Shown in pieces: positions 17,948 to 26,942 of a stretch of DNA of 64,000 nt. The stretch is from an uncultured Phycisphaeraceae bacterium (GTDB lineage Bacteria; Planctomycetota; Phycisphaerae; Phycisphaerales; UBA1924): the NCBI GenBank assembly GCA_964611125.1, contig CAZSZO010000006.1, forward strand, positions 1-64,000, given 5' to 3'. The notes beneath the pieces are model-generated. The model worked only from the letters and a program-made list of their open reading frames with translations, did not search any database and had not been told where the DNA came from. Both the position numbers and the translations under genes were made by a program. Within the stretch, counting starts at the first letter, position 1; the number at the start of each line of letters is the position of its first letter.

Positions 17948-20791
17948 TCAGCACCCCGCAAAATAGGTGGTGATAAAGTCGGCAAGGTCATCAGGATCGG
18001 ACGTTCCATCGCCGCTGAAGTCGGCCTGGGGGCACGGGGGAATGCTGAAATAGCAGGTGATGAAGTCCGCCAGGTCATCAGGGTCGATGGACCCATCGCC
18101 GCTGAAATCAGCCCGGCAAAGGGGCGGCAGCGCGCTCACGGTCACCACCACCGTGTCGCTATCGGTCGCCCCCGTCGAGTCGGTCACCGTCAGGGTGATG
18201 GGGTGCGTGCCGACCGGGAGGCTCACCACCGGCTGCGCGGCGCCCGGCCCATTCGCGAGCACCGTGCCCACTCCCACCCCCGCGCCCTGAGTCCAGCGGA
18301 AGTTGGCGATTGGCCCCTCGGCATCCTGGCTGGCCGAGCCGTCGAGCGTCACGTCCTCAGCGCCGGAGCGATCGCTGTCGGTTACGGTCTGGTCGGGCCC
18401 CGCCCGCGCGATCGGCCGGGCGTTGACCGTGATCGCCACCTGATCGGTCCGGCTGAGCCCGTCAGCATCCGTGACCGTCAGCGTGATGGCGTGCGGGCCG
18501 ACGGCGAGATTGACGAGCGCGACGGCCGACGGGCCGCTGGCCAGCGTCGCCGCACCCTCACGCCACGCGTAGTTCACGATCGCGTTCTCCGGATCGCTGC
18601 TGGCGCCGCCGTTGAGCGTGACGGCCTCGCTCCCCGAGCGGTCGAGGTCGGTCACGACCTGGTCCGGGCCCGCCGCGGCGACGGGTGGGGCGTTGACGCG
18701 GACGATCAGCGTGTCCGCGCTGGTTCCGCCGCGGTTGTCGGTCACTGTCAGCGTGATGGTGTGCGAGCCGGTGGCGAGCTCGACTGACGCCAGCGGGCTG
18801 GGCCCGTTGGCCAGGGTCGTGGCGCCCTCGCTCCAGCGGTAGTTGACGATCGATCCGTCGGCGTCGGTGCTCGCCGCGCCGCTGAGATTCACGATCTCGC
18901 TTCCCGAGCCGTCAGTGTCATTGACGACTTGGTCGGCCCCCGCCCGGGCGACGGGGTTCACGTTCGCCGGCAGCCCGCGCGCGCCCGCGACCGGGCCGGC
19001 GAAGTCGTACTGCGTCCCGCCGATCTGGCTCGCCGCGACCCAGTAGAAATACGCCTGCCCCGGCACGGCGGAGAGGTCGTCAAGCTGCGCGCCCGTGACC
19101 GGGTTGAGGTTCAACTGGACCGCGTCGGCCCGCTCGGTGGAGGTGGAGCGGAACACAAAGTGCCCGGCCCCGGGGATCGCCGTCCAGTTCAGCCGGACCC
19201 GATCGGTGAACGTGCCGTTGCTGGCGGTCAGCGTCAGCGCCGGGCCCGCCCTCAGGGCCAGCTTGTACGACTGCGACCCCGCGGGCAGGTTGCTCGCCAC
19301 CACCCGCACCAGCGTGTTGCCGGCCGGGCGGAGCAGCGATGTCAGCGTCTCCGGCGCGCCCAGCCCCGCGGTATCGGTGTCGACGACAAAGCTCACGCCG
19401 TCGGGCTCGTACACCTCGATGGCCAGGTCGGCGATGCGCCGGCTGTCGATCGGGGCGGGCGGGCCCTCCTGGGGGCAGGAGCCATCGCCCGCCTGGTCAA
19501 GGTCGAGATACACCGAGCCCACCGGCGTCAGCGTCAGCGTGACCAGCAGCGGCTGCGTGAGCGTGAAGCGATGCCAGTCCTGCTGCGCGTTGCCCTCGAG
19601 GGCAAGCGTGCTCGCGCCGGCGACGGCCGGGGCCGGCAGATCGCCCAGGTTCGCCGCGCCTCCGGGGCCGAAGGAGCCGAAGAACTTGGCCGTCTGGGCG
19701 GTGTCGTCGTTCTCGTTGCGGTCGCCATAGTTCCGCTGACCGGCCCGGATGTCGTCCTCCTGCGGCCCGTCGTACGACAGCGAAAGGAACGGCTCCATCA
19801 GCTTGGTCGAATCATCCGGGCAGGTGTGCGCGAACCCCAGCCCGTGCCCATGCTCGTGGGACAGGATGTTCCGCATGAAGCGGTGATTCTGCTCCGGCTG
19901 GCCCCAGTCCTCCGCCGCGTCCAGAACCATGTCTCCCCCGTCGGGCGGGAAGCTGTTGTACGCCAGCACCCCGTCGACGCCGTCGAGGTTCTTCATCGCG
20001 ATCCGCACGTCGCCGCGCCGGAAGCGAACGCCCTGCTGGCCCCACGCGGCGCCGTCGTCCCAGTCATTGCCGCCGAAAGTCTCGCGGATGTACGTGTTCC
20101 CCGTCACCTGCCCCCAGCGGGCGAAGACCTCGCCGACCCGCTGCAGCCAGAGCGCGCGGTTCCCCCCGAACCGCGCGTCCATCTGCGCGAACAGTCGATT
20201 GGGCTGGGTCCCTTCCCCCACCCCATCGCTGGTGATGCTCAGCCCATCGGGCGCCAGCGACCACGTCAGCGTGATCGGATCCCCCGCAACGCCCACGCCC
20301 GACAGGTTCACCGCCGTGCGCGTCCACCGGCTGCTCACGTTGTACTGCGGCAGCAACTGGTACAGGTTCGATTCCACCCGCGCGATCACCTCCGGCGCCG
20401 GAGGACGCTCGCGCGAATAGCACAGCGCGATCGCCGGGTTCGACCCGCTGGGGTCGGTCGGCCCCGCTGGCAGCCACGGGCGCGGCGTCGCCAGCATCTC
20501 CTCGATCTCCTCGTGCACCGTGCACGGGCGGTTGCCCCGGGCCACAGCCCGGTCCGCCGGGGTCCACGCCCGCGGCCCTTCCCGCAGCGCCCGCACCACC
20601 ATCTGCGTCAGCAGGCCCGCTGAGCGGGCCCGCTCGCCCGGCTCCGACTCCGGCCCGGGCTCAGCCGCCGCCCGCGCGACGCCAGCGCCGAACCCCAGAC
20701 CCATTCCCTGTCCCAGATCGAGTTCCAGAACAAGCCCTGCCGCGAGTGCGTGCAGACAGACCTGCCAAAACGAGCGTGTGCGTGTGGGCAT
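17948..20791 (-). CDS. Secreted metzincin-type zinc metalloprotease, tandem paralog of protease 1, with 3 PKD-like repeats and the C-terminal dockerin-like Cys module
   Basis: The catalytic block is the same (FGGNDWDDGAAWG, HEHGHGLGFAHTCPDDSTKLMEP, GQRNYGD.NE.D.TA.TA.FFGSFG). The C-terminal tail is CRADFSGDGSIDPDDLADFITCYFSIPPCPQADFSGDGTSDPDDLADFITTYFAGC. The N-terminal boundary is uncertain. Confidence 0.75.
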   Translation of the reverse strand: MPTRTRSFWQVCLHALAAGLVLELDLGQGMGLGFGAGVARAAAEPGPESEPGERARSAGLLTQMVVRALREGPRAWTPADRAVARGNRPCTVHEEIEEMLATPRPWLPAGPTDPSGSNPAIALCYSRERPPAPEVIARVESNLYQLLPQYNVSSRWTRTAVNLSGVGVAGDPITLTWSLAPDGLSITSDGVGEGTQPNRLFAQMDARFGGNRALWLQRVGEVFARWGQVTGNTYIRETFGGNDWDDGAAWGQQGVRFRRGDVRIAMKNLDGVDGVLAYNSFPPDGGDMVLDAAEDWGQPEQNHRFMRNILSHEHGHGLGFAHTCPDDSTKLMEPFLSLSYDGPQEDDIRAGQRNYGDRNENDDTAQTAKFFGSFGPGGAANLGDLPAPAVAGASTLALEGNAQQDWHRFTLTQPLLVTLTLTPVGSVYLDLDQAGDGSCPQEGPPAPIDSRRIADLAIEVYEPDGVSFVVDTDTAGLGAPETLTSLLRPAGNTLVRVVASNLPAGSQSYKLALRAGPALTLTASNGTFTDRVRLNWTAIPGAGHFVFRSTSTERADAVQLNLNPVTGAQLDDLSAVPGQAYFYWVAASQIGGTQYDFAGPVAGARGLPANVNPVARAGADQVVNDTDGSGSEIVNLSGAASTDADGSIVNYRWSEGATTLANGPSPLASVELATGSHTITLTVTDNRGGTSADTLIVRVNAPPVAAAGPDQVVTDLDRSGSEAVTLNGGASSDPENAIVNYAWREGAATLASGPSAVALVNLAVGPHAITLTVTDADGLSRTDQVAITVNARPIARAGPDQTVTDSDRSGAEDVTLDGSASQDAEGPIANFRWTQGAGVGVGTVLANGPGAAQPVVSLPVGTHPITLTVTDSTGATDSDTVVVTVSALPPLCRADFSGDGSIDPDDLADFITCYFSIPPCPQADFSGDGTSDPDDLADFITTYFAGC
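18122..18958 (-). repeat. Three tandem PKD-like coding repeats inside protease 2
   Basis: Three roughly 93-aa segments ending ...GSHTITLTVTDNRGGTSADTLIVRVN, ...GPHAITLTVTDADGLSRTDQVAITVN, ...GTHPITLTVTDSTGATDSDTVVVTV. Confidence 0.6.
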
Positions 20792-21018
20792 GCAATCCTC
20801 CCGAGCAAGGCATGACAGCGCATCCGAGCGCTGCCCCCCGTGGATCGAGTTTCGGACTCAGCAGGCGTCAGCATACCCGAAATCGAACGCTCTCGCACGC
20901 CCTTTGTGCGGAATTGACAATCCTCAAGTTTGGGTGCCGGGGAGGTGGGCCCACCCGGGACGTCCCGCAGCCTGCCCAGCCCCCTCAACCCCCCTCAAAC
21001 CGCCCCCCACAAGCCGCC

Positions 21019-22296
21019 TCAACCCCCGCTTCGCCGCACACGATCCACGCATGCCACGACGGTCTCCACCGCACTCTCAAGCTCCTCAGCCGTGGTCTCC
21101 CGGCTGATCGAGAACCGGATCGAGCCATGGGCCCGCTCCGGTGGGATGCCCATGGCCAGCAGCACCGGCGAGGGGTCCAGCGACCCCGATGAGCACGCCG
21201 CGCCCGCCGAGGCGCACAGCCCCCGCTCGCTGAAGGCCAGCAGCAGGGCCTCCGCCTCCAATCGCGGAAACGCGATGTTGGTCGTGCTCCACAGCCTCAC
21301 CTGCGGGTCCGACGAGCGCGGACCGTTCACCGTCGCCTCGGGAATCCGGTCGAGCACCGCCTGCTCGAATCGGTCGCGCAGCCCGGCGAGCCGCTCGATT
21401 TCACCTGTCCGCCGGTCCGGGCCCGCCCGCCTTTCCGGGCCCTCATGGGCGAGCCAGGCCAGCGCCAATCGCGCCGCGGCGCCCGCCCCGGCGATGCCTG
21501 GCACGTTCTCCGTCCCGCCCCGCCGGCCCTTCTCCTGGCTGCCATGCAGGGCCGGCGCCAGGCGCGTGCCCGCCCGGGCGAACAGCACCCCGACCCCCTT
21601 GGGCCCGTGGAACTTGTGCGGGCTGAAGGTCAGCAGGTCGCAATCAAGCCCCGCCTCCCCCACCCGTGTCGGCATTTTCCCTACCCATTGCGTGCCGTCC
21701 ACGATGGAGCGCACGCCCCGCTCCACGCACGCCCGGCAGATCGCCTCCACCGGCTGCACCGCGCCCGTTTCGTTGTTGGCCCATTGCACCACGACCACCC
21801 CGGCTCCGGGCAGCAGCGCCAGCAGCTCCGGGAGACGCACCACGCCCGATTCATCCACCGGCGCCAGCCGCACTTCGAGCCCGCCGGCCGGTTCGGCCGC
21901 CCCCCCCCCAGCCCCGCGGCTGCGCAGGTGATCGACCAGATCGCGCACGGCCGAGTGCTCGACAGCGGTCGTCACGATGACCCGGCGCGAGGTCGCCGCC
22001 AGGCTCCCGCGCATGGCCAGGTCGAGCGCCTCCGTGCCGCCGCTGGTGAAGGTGAGGTCCTTGGCCCGGGCCCCGATCAGCTCCGCGAGGTCCTGGCGGG
22101 CGAGTTCAACCACCCGGCGGGCCTCCTGCCCGGCCCGATGCACGCTGGACGGGTTGTGCCAGGCGCCCTCCAAGGCCCCGCGCATGGCGGTGACGACTTC
22201 CGGCGCCGGCCTCGTGGTGGCGTTGTTGTCGAGGTAGATCACGCCCTGAAGCGTAGTGGGACCCCGATCGCGGCGATTTGGCGGCGCGAGCGGCAA
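21019..22296 (-). CDS. Cysteine desulfurase (class V aminotransferase, IscS/NifS-like)
   Basis: IYLDNNATT near the N-terminus, the SPHKFHGPKGVG PLP-lysine motif and TENVPGI. Confidence 0.8.
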   Translation of the reverse strand: MPLAPPNRRDRGPTTLQGVIYLDNNATTRPAPEVVTAMRGALEGAWHNPSSVHRAGQEARRVVELARQDLAELIGARAKDLTFTSGGTEALDLAMRGSLAATSRRVIVTTAVEHSAVRDLVDHLRSRGAGGGAAEPAGGLEVRLAPVDESGVVRLPELLALLPGAGVVVVQWANNETGAVQPVEAICRACVERGVRSIVDGTQWVGKMPTRVGEAGLDCDLLTFSPHKFHGPKGVGVLFARAGTRLAPALHGSQEKGRRGGTENVPGIAGAGAAARLALAWLAHEGPERRAGPDRRTGEIERLAGLRDRFEQAVLDRIPEATVNGPRSSDPQVRLWSTTNIAFPRLEAEALLLAFSERGLCASAGAACSSGSLDPSPVLLAMGIPPERAHGSIRFSISRETTAEELESAVETVVACVDRVRRSGG

Positions 22297-22505
22297 CCCT
22301 GGTTATCCCGCCGCGCAGCACGCGATCGCCCCTCAGGCTTTGCGCCGCCGGCGCCACCCCACCAGCGAGGCCAGCCAGGCTCATCGATTGCTCGCTCGGG
22401 CGGCCGCTGTATAGGACGCTTTCCCACGACGGGGCGTTTCGGACGCTGGGTTCACCGGTCGCTTGGACCGGTCCGCGGCCCGGCCAGCATCGCAGGGAGG
22501 GCGCC

Positions 22506-23336
22506 ATGGGAACTCGCACGGTCATCTCGGTCTCCATCGCCATCGCCGCGGCCGGGGCCATCGTCAGCTCGGCAGCGGCTGATGCGGTCTTCATCAACTC
22601 ACCGCTGGTTCAGAACCTGATCGTCACCGGCAGCGCGGCGGAGGCCAAGTACCGCCTGTCCAACTCCAACTTCGACATGACCCTGGCCAACGGGAATGGC
22701 GGCGGCGCCGCGGCCGACCGAATCGCAACCAATCTGGCCAATTCCGGCGCTCTGAGCGGCCGCACCTACCAGTTCAGCCTGGAGCATCGCGCCGGCCTGG
22801 GGTCGGGCCCGAACGGCGGTGATCGCGGCTTTGTCTTCACCATGAGCGATGGCGTCACCACCAGCACCCAGTCATGGGGCACGTTCGCCAGCCCGCCGGG
22901 CTCCACCGCCTCGCTGCTGAACGGCCAGGCGCCCCTGGGGTCGTTCAACTCGCTGAGCGTTGTGGGGCAGGCCACCCGCTTCACCGCCTCCGCCGGCTCT
23001 TCGATGACGTGGAGCAACCTGCAGTTTGTCGCCGCCGGGCTGGTCGTTGCCGACGGCGGCTGGAACTCCGGTTCCGTCTCGACGCCGGCTGGCGGACCCT
23101 CATCGCCCGCCGCGTCGCAGCGCCTGGTGGCGGATGTGGATCTGTCCCGGTTCGACTGGACGTTCAGCGGTGTCGTCACCGGCGTGCGCGATGCCGGCGG
23201 CGGTGGCGATGAGACCGTCCGCTTCACCATCAGCGCCCAGAACACGTCCTTCACCGCCATCCCGAGCCCCGGCTCCGGCGCGGTCGGCATGATGGCCGCG
23301 GCGGGCCTGCTGGTCCGGCGGGTTTCGCGCCGCTAG
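22506..23336 (+). CDS. Secreted PEP-CTERM-like protein (variant P-S-P-G motif)
   Basis: Start MGTRTVISVSIAIAAAGAIVSSAAADA is a signal peptide. The body is G/S/T-rich. The C-terminus IPSPGSGAVGMMAAAGLLVRRVSRR-stop has the motif, a hydrophobic helix and an Arg cluster, which is the exosortase sorting-signal architecture. Confidence 0.6.
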   Translation: MGTRTVISVSIAIAAAGAIVSSAAADAVFINSPLVQNLIVTGSAAEAKYRLSNSNFDMTLANGNGGGAAADRIATNLANSGALSGRTYQFSLEHRAGLGSGPNGGDRGFVFTMSDGVTTSTQSWGTFASPPGSTASLLNGQAPLGSFNSLSVVGQATRFTASAGSSMTWSNLQFVAAGLVVADGGWNSGSVSTPAGGPSSPAASQRLVADVDLSRFDWTFSGVVTGVRDAGGGGDETVRFTISAQNTSFTAIPSPGSGAVGMMAAAGLLVRRVSRR

Positions 23337-24772
23337 GCCGCCCCAGCACCTCCGACAGCCCCCGCCGTCCGCCCCCCCGCGGTTGGCGCGACCGGCCTCA
23401 GGGCCCCTTCGCTCCCCGCCACGGCCACCGCCACCGCGGCGTCGCCGGTGACGTTCACCACCGTGCGGCACATGTCCAGCGCGCGATCCACCGCGAGGAT
23501 CATGGCGATGCCGTCGCCGGGCACCCCGACCGAGCGGAGCACGATCACCAGCATCACCATTCCGCCCGACGGAATGCCCGGGCTGCCGATGGCCGAAAAG
23601 ACCGCCGTGAACACGATCGACGCCTGCTGCGTGGTCGTCAGCTCGATCGAGTAGAACTGGGCCAGAAAGACCGTCGCCACAGCCTGCATCAGCGCGGTGC
23701 CGTCCATATTGATCTTGGCCCCCAGCGCGCACACGAAGCTGGTGATGTCCGCCGGGGCGCCCAGCCGGTCGCGGACGTTCTGGATCGTCACCGGCAGCGT
23801 CGCGGCGGAGCTCGAGCTGCTGAACGCGACCATCTGCACCTGGGCGATCCCGCGGAAGAACTCCCCGATCGTCAGCCGCGTGAAGATCCGCACCACCGCG
23901 GGGTAGATCAGGAGCTGGATCACCGCCAGCCCCAGCAGCACCGTAAGGCAGTACGCCCCCAGCGACGAGAGGACCCCAAAGCCCAGCGTGGCCACGATCG
24001 GGCTCACCAGGCAGAACACCCCCACCGGCGCCGCCTGCATGATCGCCCGCACGATCAGGATGAACGCGTCGTGCAGTCCTTCGATCGCGGCGAACACCGG
24101 CGCCGAGCGCTCGCGGGGCAAGAACGCCAGGGCCAAACCCAGCATCAGCGCCAAGACCACGATCTGCAGCATGTCCCCCCGGGCCAGCGCGTCGAAGGGG
24201 TTGGTCGGCATCACCTCCCGGGCCAGGTCCCAGGGCCGCACCGACTTGGCCGAGTTCACCACCTTCCCCGCGGCCTCCGCCGGCATGCTCTCGATCAGCT
24301 TGGTCCGGGCCTCGGGGCTGATGAACCGGGGCCCCCCGGGCTGGATCAGGTTCACCAGCAGCAGCCCCACGCCCACGCTGAGGAACGCGGTGCAGGCGAA
24401 GATGCCCACCGTCTTGCCGCCGATGCGCCCCAGCTTGCGCAGATCTCCCAGGGAGCCGATGGCCAGGATCATCGCAAGCAGGATGATCGGCGCCGCGATG
24501 AACTGGAGCGACCGCTTGAAGAGATCGCCGACAAGCTGGTTCAGGTTCACGGCGAAGTCGATCGCCCAGCCGCCCGCCCCCGCCCCGGCCCACTCCCGGA
24601 TTCCGGGCCCCCAGACGTTCAGCCCCAGCCCCAGCACCACGCCGGCGGCCAGGCCGATGAGGATCCGCCAGTGCAGCGCCAAGCCTGAGCGAGCCGGGGG
24701 TGGATCTCCAGGGATTGGCTGTTCGCCGGGCGACACGGCGCGAGTGTAGTGGATTCCCGGAGCCGGGTTCAT
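23333..24772 (-). CDS. Dicarboxylate/amino acid:cation symporter (DAACS family, GltP/DctA-like)
   Basis: 479 aa with multiple TM segments. It has hallmark DAACS re-entrant loop sequences (FSSSSSAATLPVT, ALGAKINMDGTA, GIPSGGMVML, NVTGDA). Confidence 0.8.
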   Translation of the reverse strand: MNPAPGIHYTRAVSPGEQPIPGDPPPARSGLALHWRILIGLAAGVVLGLGLNVWGPGIREWAGAGAGGWAIDFAVNLNQLVGDLFKRSLQFIAAPIILLAMILAIGSLGDLRKLGRIGGKTVGIFACTAFLSVGVGLLLVNLIQPGGPRFISPEARTKLIESMPAEAAGKVVNSAKSVRPWDLAREVMPTNPFDALARGDMLQIVVLALMLGLALAFLPRERSAPVFAAIEGLHDAFILIVRAIMQAAPVGVFCLVSPIVATLGFGVLSSLGAYCLTVLLGLAVIQLLIYPAVVRIFTRLTIGEFFRGIAQVQMVAFSSSSSAATLPVTIQNVRDRLGAPADITSFVCALGAKINMDGTALMQAVATVFLAQFYSIELTTTQQASIVFTAVFSAIGSPGIPSGGMVMLVIVLRSVGVPGDGIAMILAVDRALDMCRTVVNVTGDAAVAVAVAGSEGALRPVAPTAGGRTAGAVGGAGAA

Positions 24773-24852
24773 GACAAGGTCTTAACAAAGCACCCGCCGC
24801 CGGCGCCGGCCGATGCCGCGACAATCCCCCAGCGGAACTCGTTGCCATTAAG

Positions 24853-25869
24853 ATGGTTGAGCGTTCGAGCCGCTTGGGAGCCCGATTGACCGACCCGACC
24901 GCACACGCTGGGCCGTTCGTGTCTCCGTCGCCCGCCGGGACGGGGTCGGCTGCGGCGCGCCCGTCCGGCCCGCCCCTGCTCTCAGCACAGGATGTCCGGG
25001 TGGTCTTCCCGGGTGGCGCGGCGGCCCTCAATGGCGTGAGCGTCGATGTCGGAGCCGCTGATTTTCTCGTCGTCCTGGGCCCATCGGGCGCCGGCAAGTC
25101 CACGCTGCTGCGCGTCCTCAACCGGCTGGGTGAGGTCACCAGCGGGCGGGTGATCTTCCGCGGTGATGACGTCACGCGGGTTGTCGGGAGCCGGCTGCGG
25201 CTGCTCCGCCAGAACGTGGGGATGATCTTCCAGCAGTTCAATCTGGTCGGCCGGATCACCGTGCTCGAGAACGTGCTGGCCGGGCGCCTCCGCTTCACCC
25301 GCGGGCTGCCGTACTTGCTCTCCCACGTCCGCCTGTTTCCCAAGGCCGAGCGCGAGTTCGCTCTGGCCTCGCTGGAGCGCGTTGGCGTCGCCCATCTTGC
25401 CCACCGTCGGGCCGACACCCTCTCGGGCGGGCAGCAGCAGCGCGTCGCCATCGCCCGCGTCCTCGCCCAGCAGCCGTCGGTGATCCTCGCCGATGAGCCC
25501 ATCGCCAGCCTCGACCCCCGCTCAGCCCAAGTCGTCATGGACATTCTGCGCGACATCCACGAGCGGCAGGGGCTCCCCGTCGTCGTCAACCTTCACCAGG
25601 TCGATTTCGCCCAGCGCTACGCCACCCGCATCGTCGGCATGCGCGCCGGCAAGGTCGTCTTCAGCGGCCCGCCGGGCGACCTCAGCGAGCTTGCCGCCCG
25701 CGGGCTGTACCAGCAGCAGGGCGATCGCCCCGACCCGGCTGACACCCCATCTGGCCCCCTATCTGGTCCTCCATCTGGCCCCCCAGCCGCCTCCACCAAC
25801 TCCCCGACCGTCCCAGCCGCCGCCCCCGCCGAGCCCCTGGCTCTGTCGGGCGCCGGGAGACCCGCATGA
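24853..25869 (+). CDS. phnC: Phosphonate ABC transporter ATP-binding protein
   Basis: Walker A GPSGAGKST, the LSGGQQQRVAIAR signature and Walker B ILADEP. The order C-D-E matches the phn transporter. There is a Pro-rich C-terminal tail. Confidence 0.75.
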   Translation: MVERSSRLGARLTDPTAHAGPFVSPSPAGTGSAAARPSGPPLLSAQDVRVVFPGGAAALNGVSVDVGAADFLVVLGPSGAGKSTLLRVLNRLGEVTSGRVIFRGDDVTRVVGSRLRLLRQNVGMIFQQFNLVGRITVLENVLAGRLRFTRGLPYLLSHVRLFPKAEREFALASLERVGVAHLAHRRADTLSGGQQQRVAIARVLAQQPSVILADEPIASLDPRSAQVVMDILRDIHERQGLPVVVNLHQVDFAQRYATRIVGMRAGKVVFSGPPGDLSELAARGLYQQQGDRPDPADTPSGPLSGPPSGPPAASTNSPTVPAAAPAEPLALSGAGRPA

Positions 25870-26942
25870 CGCACGCATCGCATCGCCTCTTTCCGGCGGC
25901 CACCCTCAGGCTCGCCGCGTGGGCCCTGGCGATTGCCGGGCTGGTCTGCCTGCCCGCCTGCGATCGTCAAGAGCCCGGCGCCGGCAAGCAGGCGCCGGGC
26001 GCCTCCGCCACGCAGCCGTCGGCCCAGCCCGCCGCCCAGCGGCCCGGAGAGTCCGCATCGGCCGCCAAGGGCGCCCCTGCTTCGACGGCGCCAGCCACCG
26101 GCCCCGCCGATGCCGCGAGCGTCGACCGCACCGGCTGGCCCCCGGTCATCCGCATGGGTTTGGTTCCGGTTGAAGGCGGGGCCGACACCCGCGAGCGCAA
26201 CGCGCCCCTGCGCGACATCCTCGAGCAGGAACTCGGCCGCCCCGTCGAGTTGGTCTCGGCCTCCAGCTACCAGGGCGTCATCACCGCCATGGCCAACAAC
26301 CAGCTCGAGTTCGCGTTCTTCGGGCCCAAGTCCTATGTCGAGGCCGCCAAGCGGGCCGGCGCCGAGGCCCTGCTGGTTGAGCTCAACGTCGACAACGAGC
26401 CGGGGTACCGCTGCGTCTTCATCGTCCCCGCGGCGTCGCCGGTCAAGACGCTCAAGGAGGCCAAGGGCCTGCGCTTTGCGTTCACCGACCCCAACTCGAC
26501 CTCGGGCTGCCTGATCCCGTCGATGATCGTCTTCGATGAGACCGGTCAGTCCGCCGAGACGTTCTTCGGCAAGGTTGCGTTCTCCGGGGCGCATGCGACT
26601 TCGATGCTGCAGGTCGCGGCGGGCGAGATCGATATCGCCGCGACCAATGACCTCGACCTGAACAAGATCACGTCCAAGGGCACGGTGCGGTCGGAAGACC
26701 TCCGGGTCGTGTACCGCTCCGACATGATCCCCGGGGCGCCGATGGCCGGGCGGCGCGACTTGCCCGCGTCGCTCAAGCAGGCCTTCGCCAAGGCCCTCAT
26801 GAAGCTCAATGCCGACCGGGCGGTTCTCGAGCGCCTCCAGAATGGCGGCTTCGAGCCCGTCACCGATCAGGCGTACGACGTCATCCGCGCCACGCAGGAC
26901 TTCCTGGATAAGAAGAAGACCGAGGCCAAGCCCAATGGCTGA
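25866..26942 (+). CDS. phnD: Phosphonate ABC transporter substrate-binding lipoprotein
   Basis: Signal peptide plus lipobox (LVCLPAC). The PhnD-like core is RMGLVPVEG...YQGVITAMANNQLEFAFFGP...LRFAFTDPNSTSG. There is a 4-nt overlap with phnC. Confidence 0.75.
   Translation: MTHASHRLFPAATLRLAAWALAIAGLVCLPACDRQEPGAGKQAPGASATQPSAQPAAQRPGESASAAKGAPASTAPATGPADAASVDRTGWPPVIRMGLVPVEGGADTRERNAPLRDILEQELGRPVELVSASSYQGVITAMANNQLEFAFFGPKSYVEAAKRAGAEALLVELNVDNEPGYRCVFIVPAASPVKTLKEAKGLRFAFTDPNSTSGCLIPSMIVFDETGQSAETFFGKVAFSGAHATSMLQVAAGEIDIAATNDLDLNKITSKGTVRSEDLRVVYRSDMIPGAPMAGRRDLPASLKQAFAKALMKLNADRAVLERLQNGGFEPVTDQAYDVIRATQDFLDKKKTEAKPNG

Noticed and set aside
16695-20623. Plus-strand ORFs 16695-17966 and 18929-20623 (423 and 564 aa)
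   Set aside because: They are antisense to the two metalloprotease genes. Their compositions are Arg/Pro/His-rich.
20915-20920. TTGACA hexamer in the iscS-protease spacer as a possible -35 box
   Set aside because: It is on the wrong strand for the downstream minus-strand protease gene. No correctly spaced -10 element was found for either orientation.
21445-22620. 391-aa plus-strand ORF
   Set aside because: It is antisense to the cysteine desulfurase gene.
23100-25589. 829-aa minus-strand ORF
   Set aside because: It overlaps the DAACS symporter in another frame and is antisense to phnC. It is extremely Arg/Gly/Pro-rich. The symporter frame has the real family motifs.
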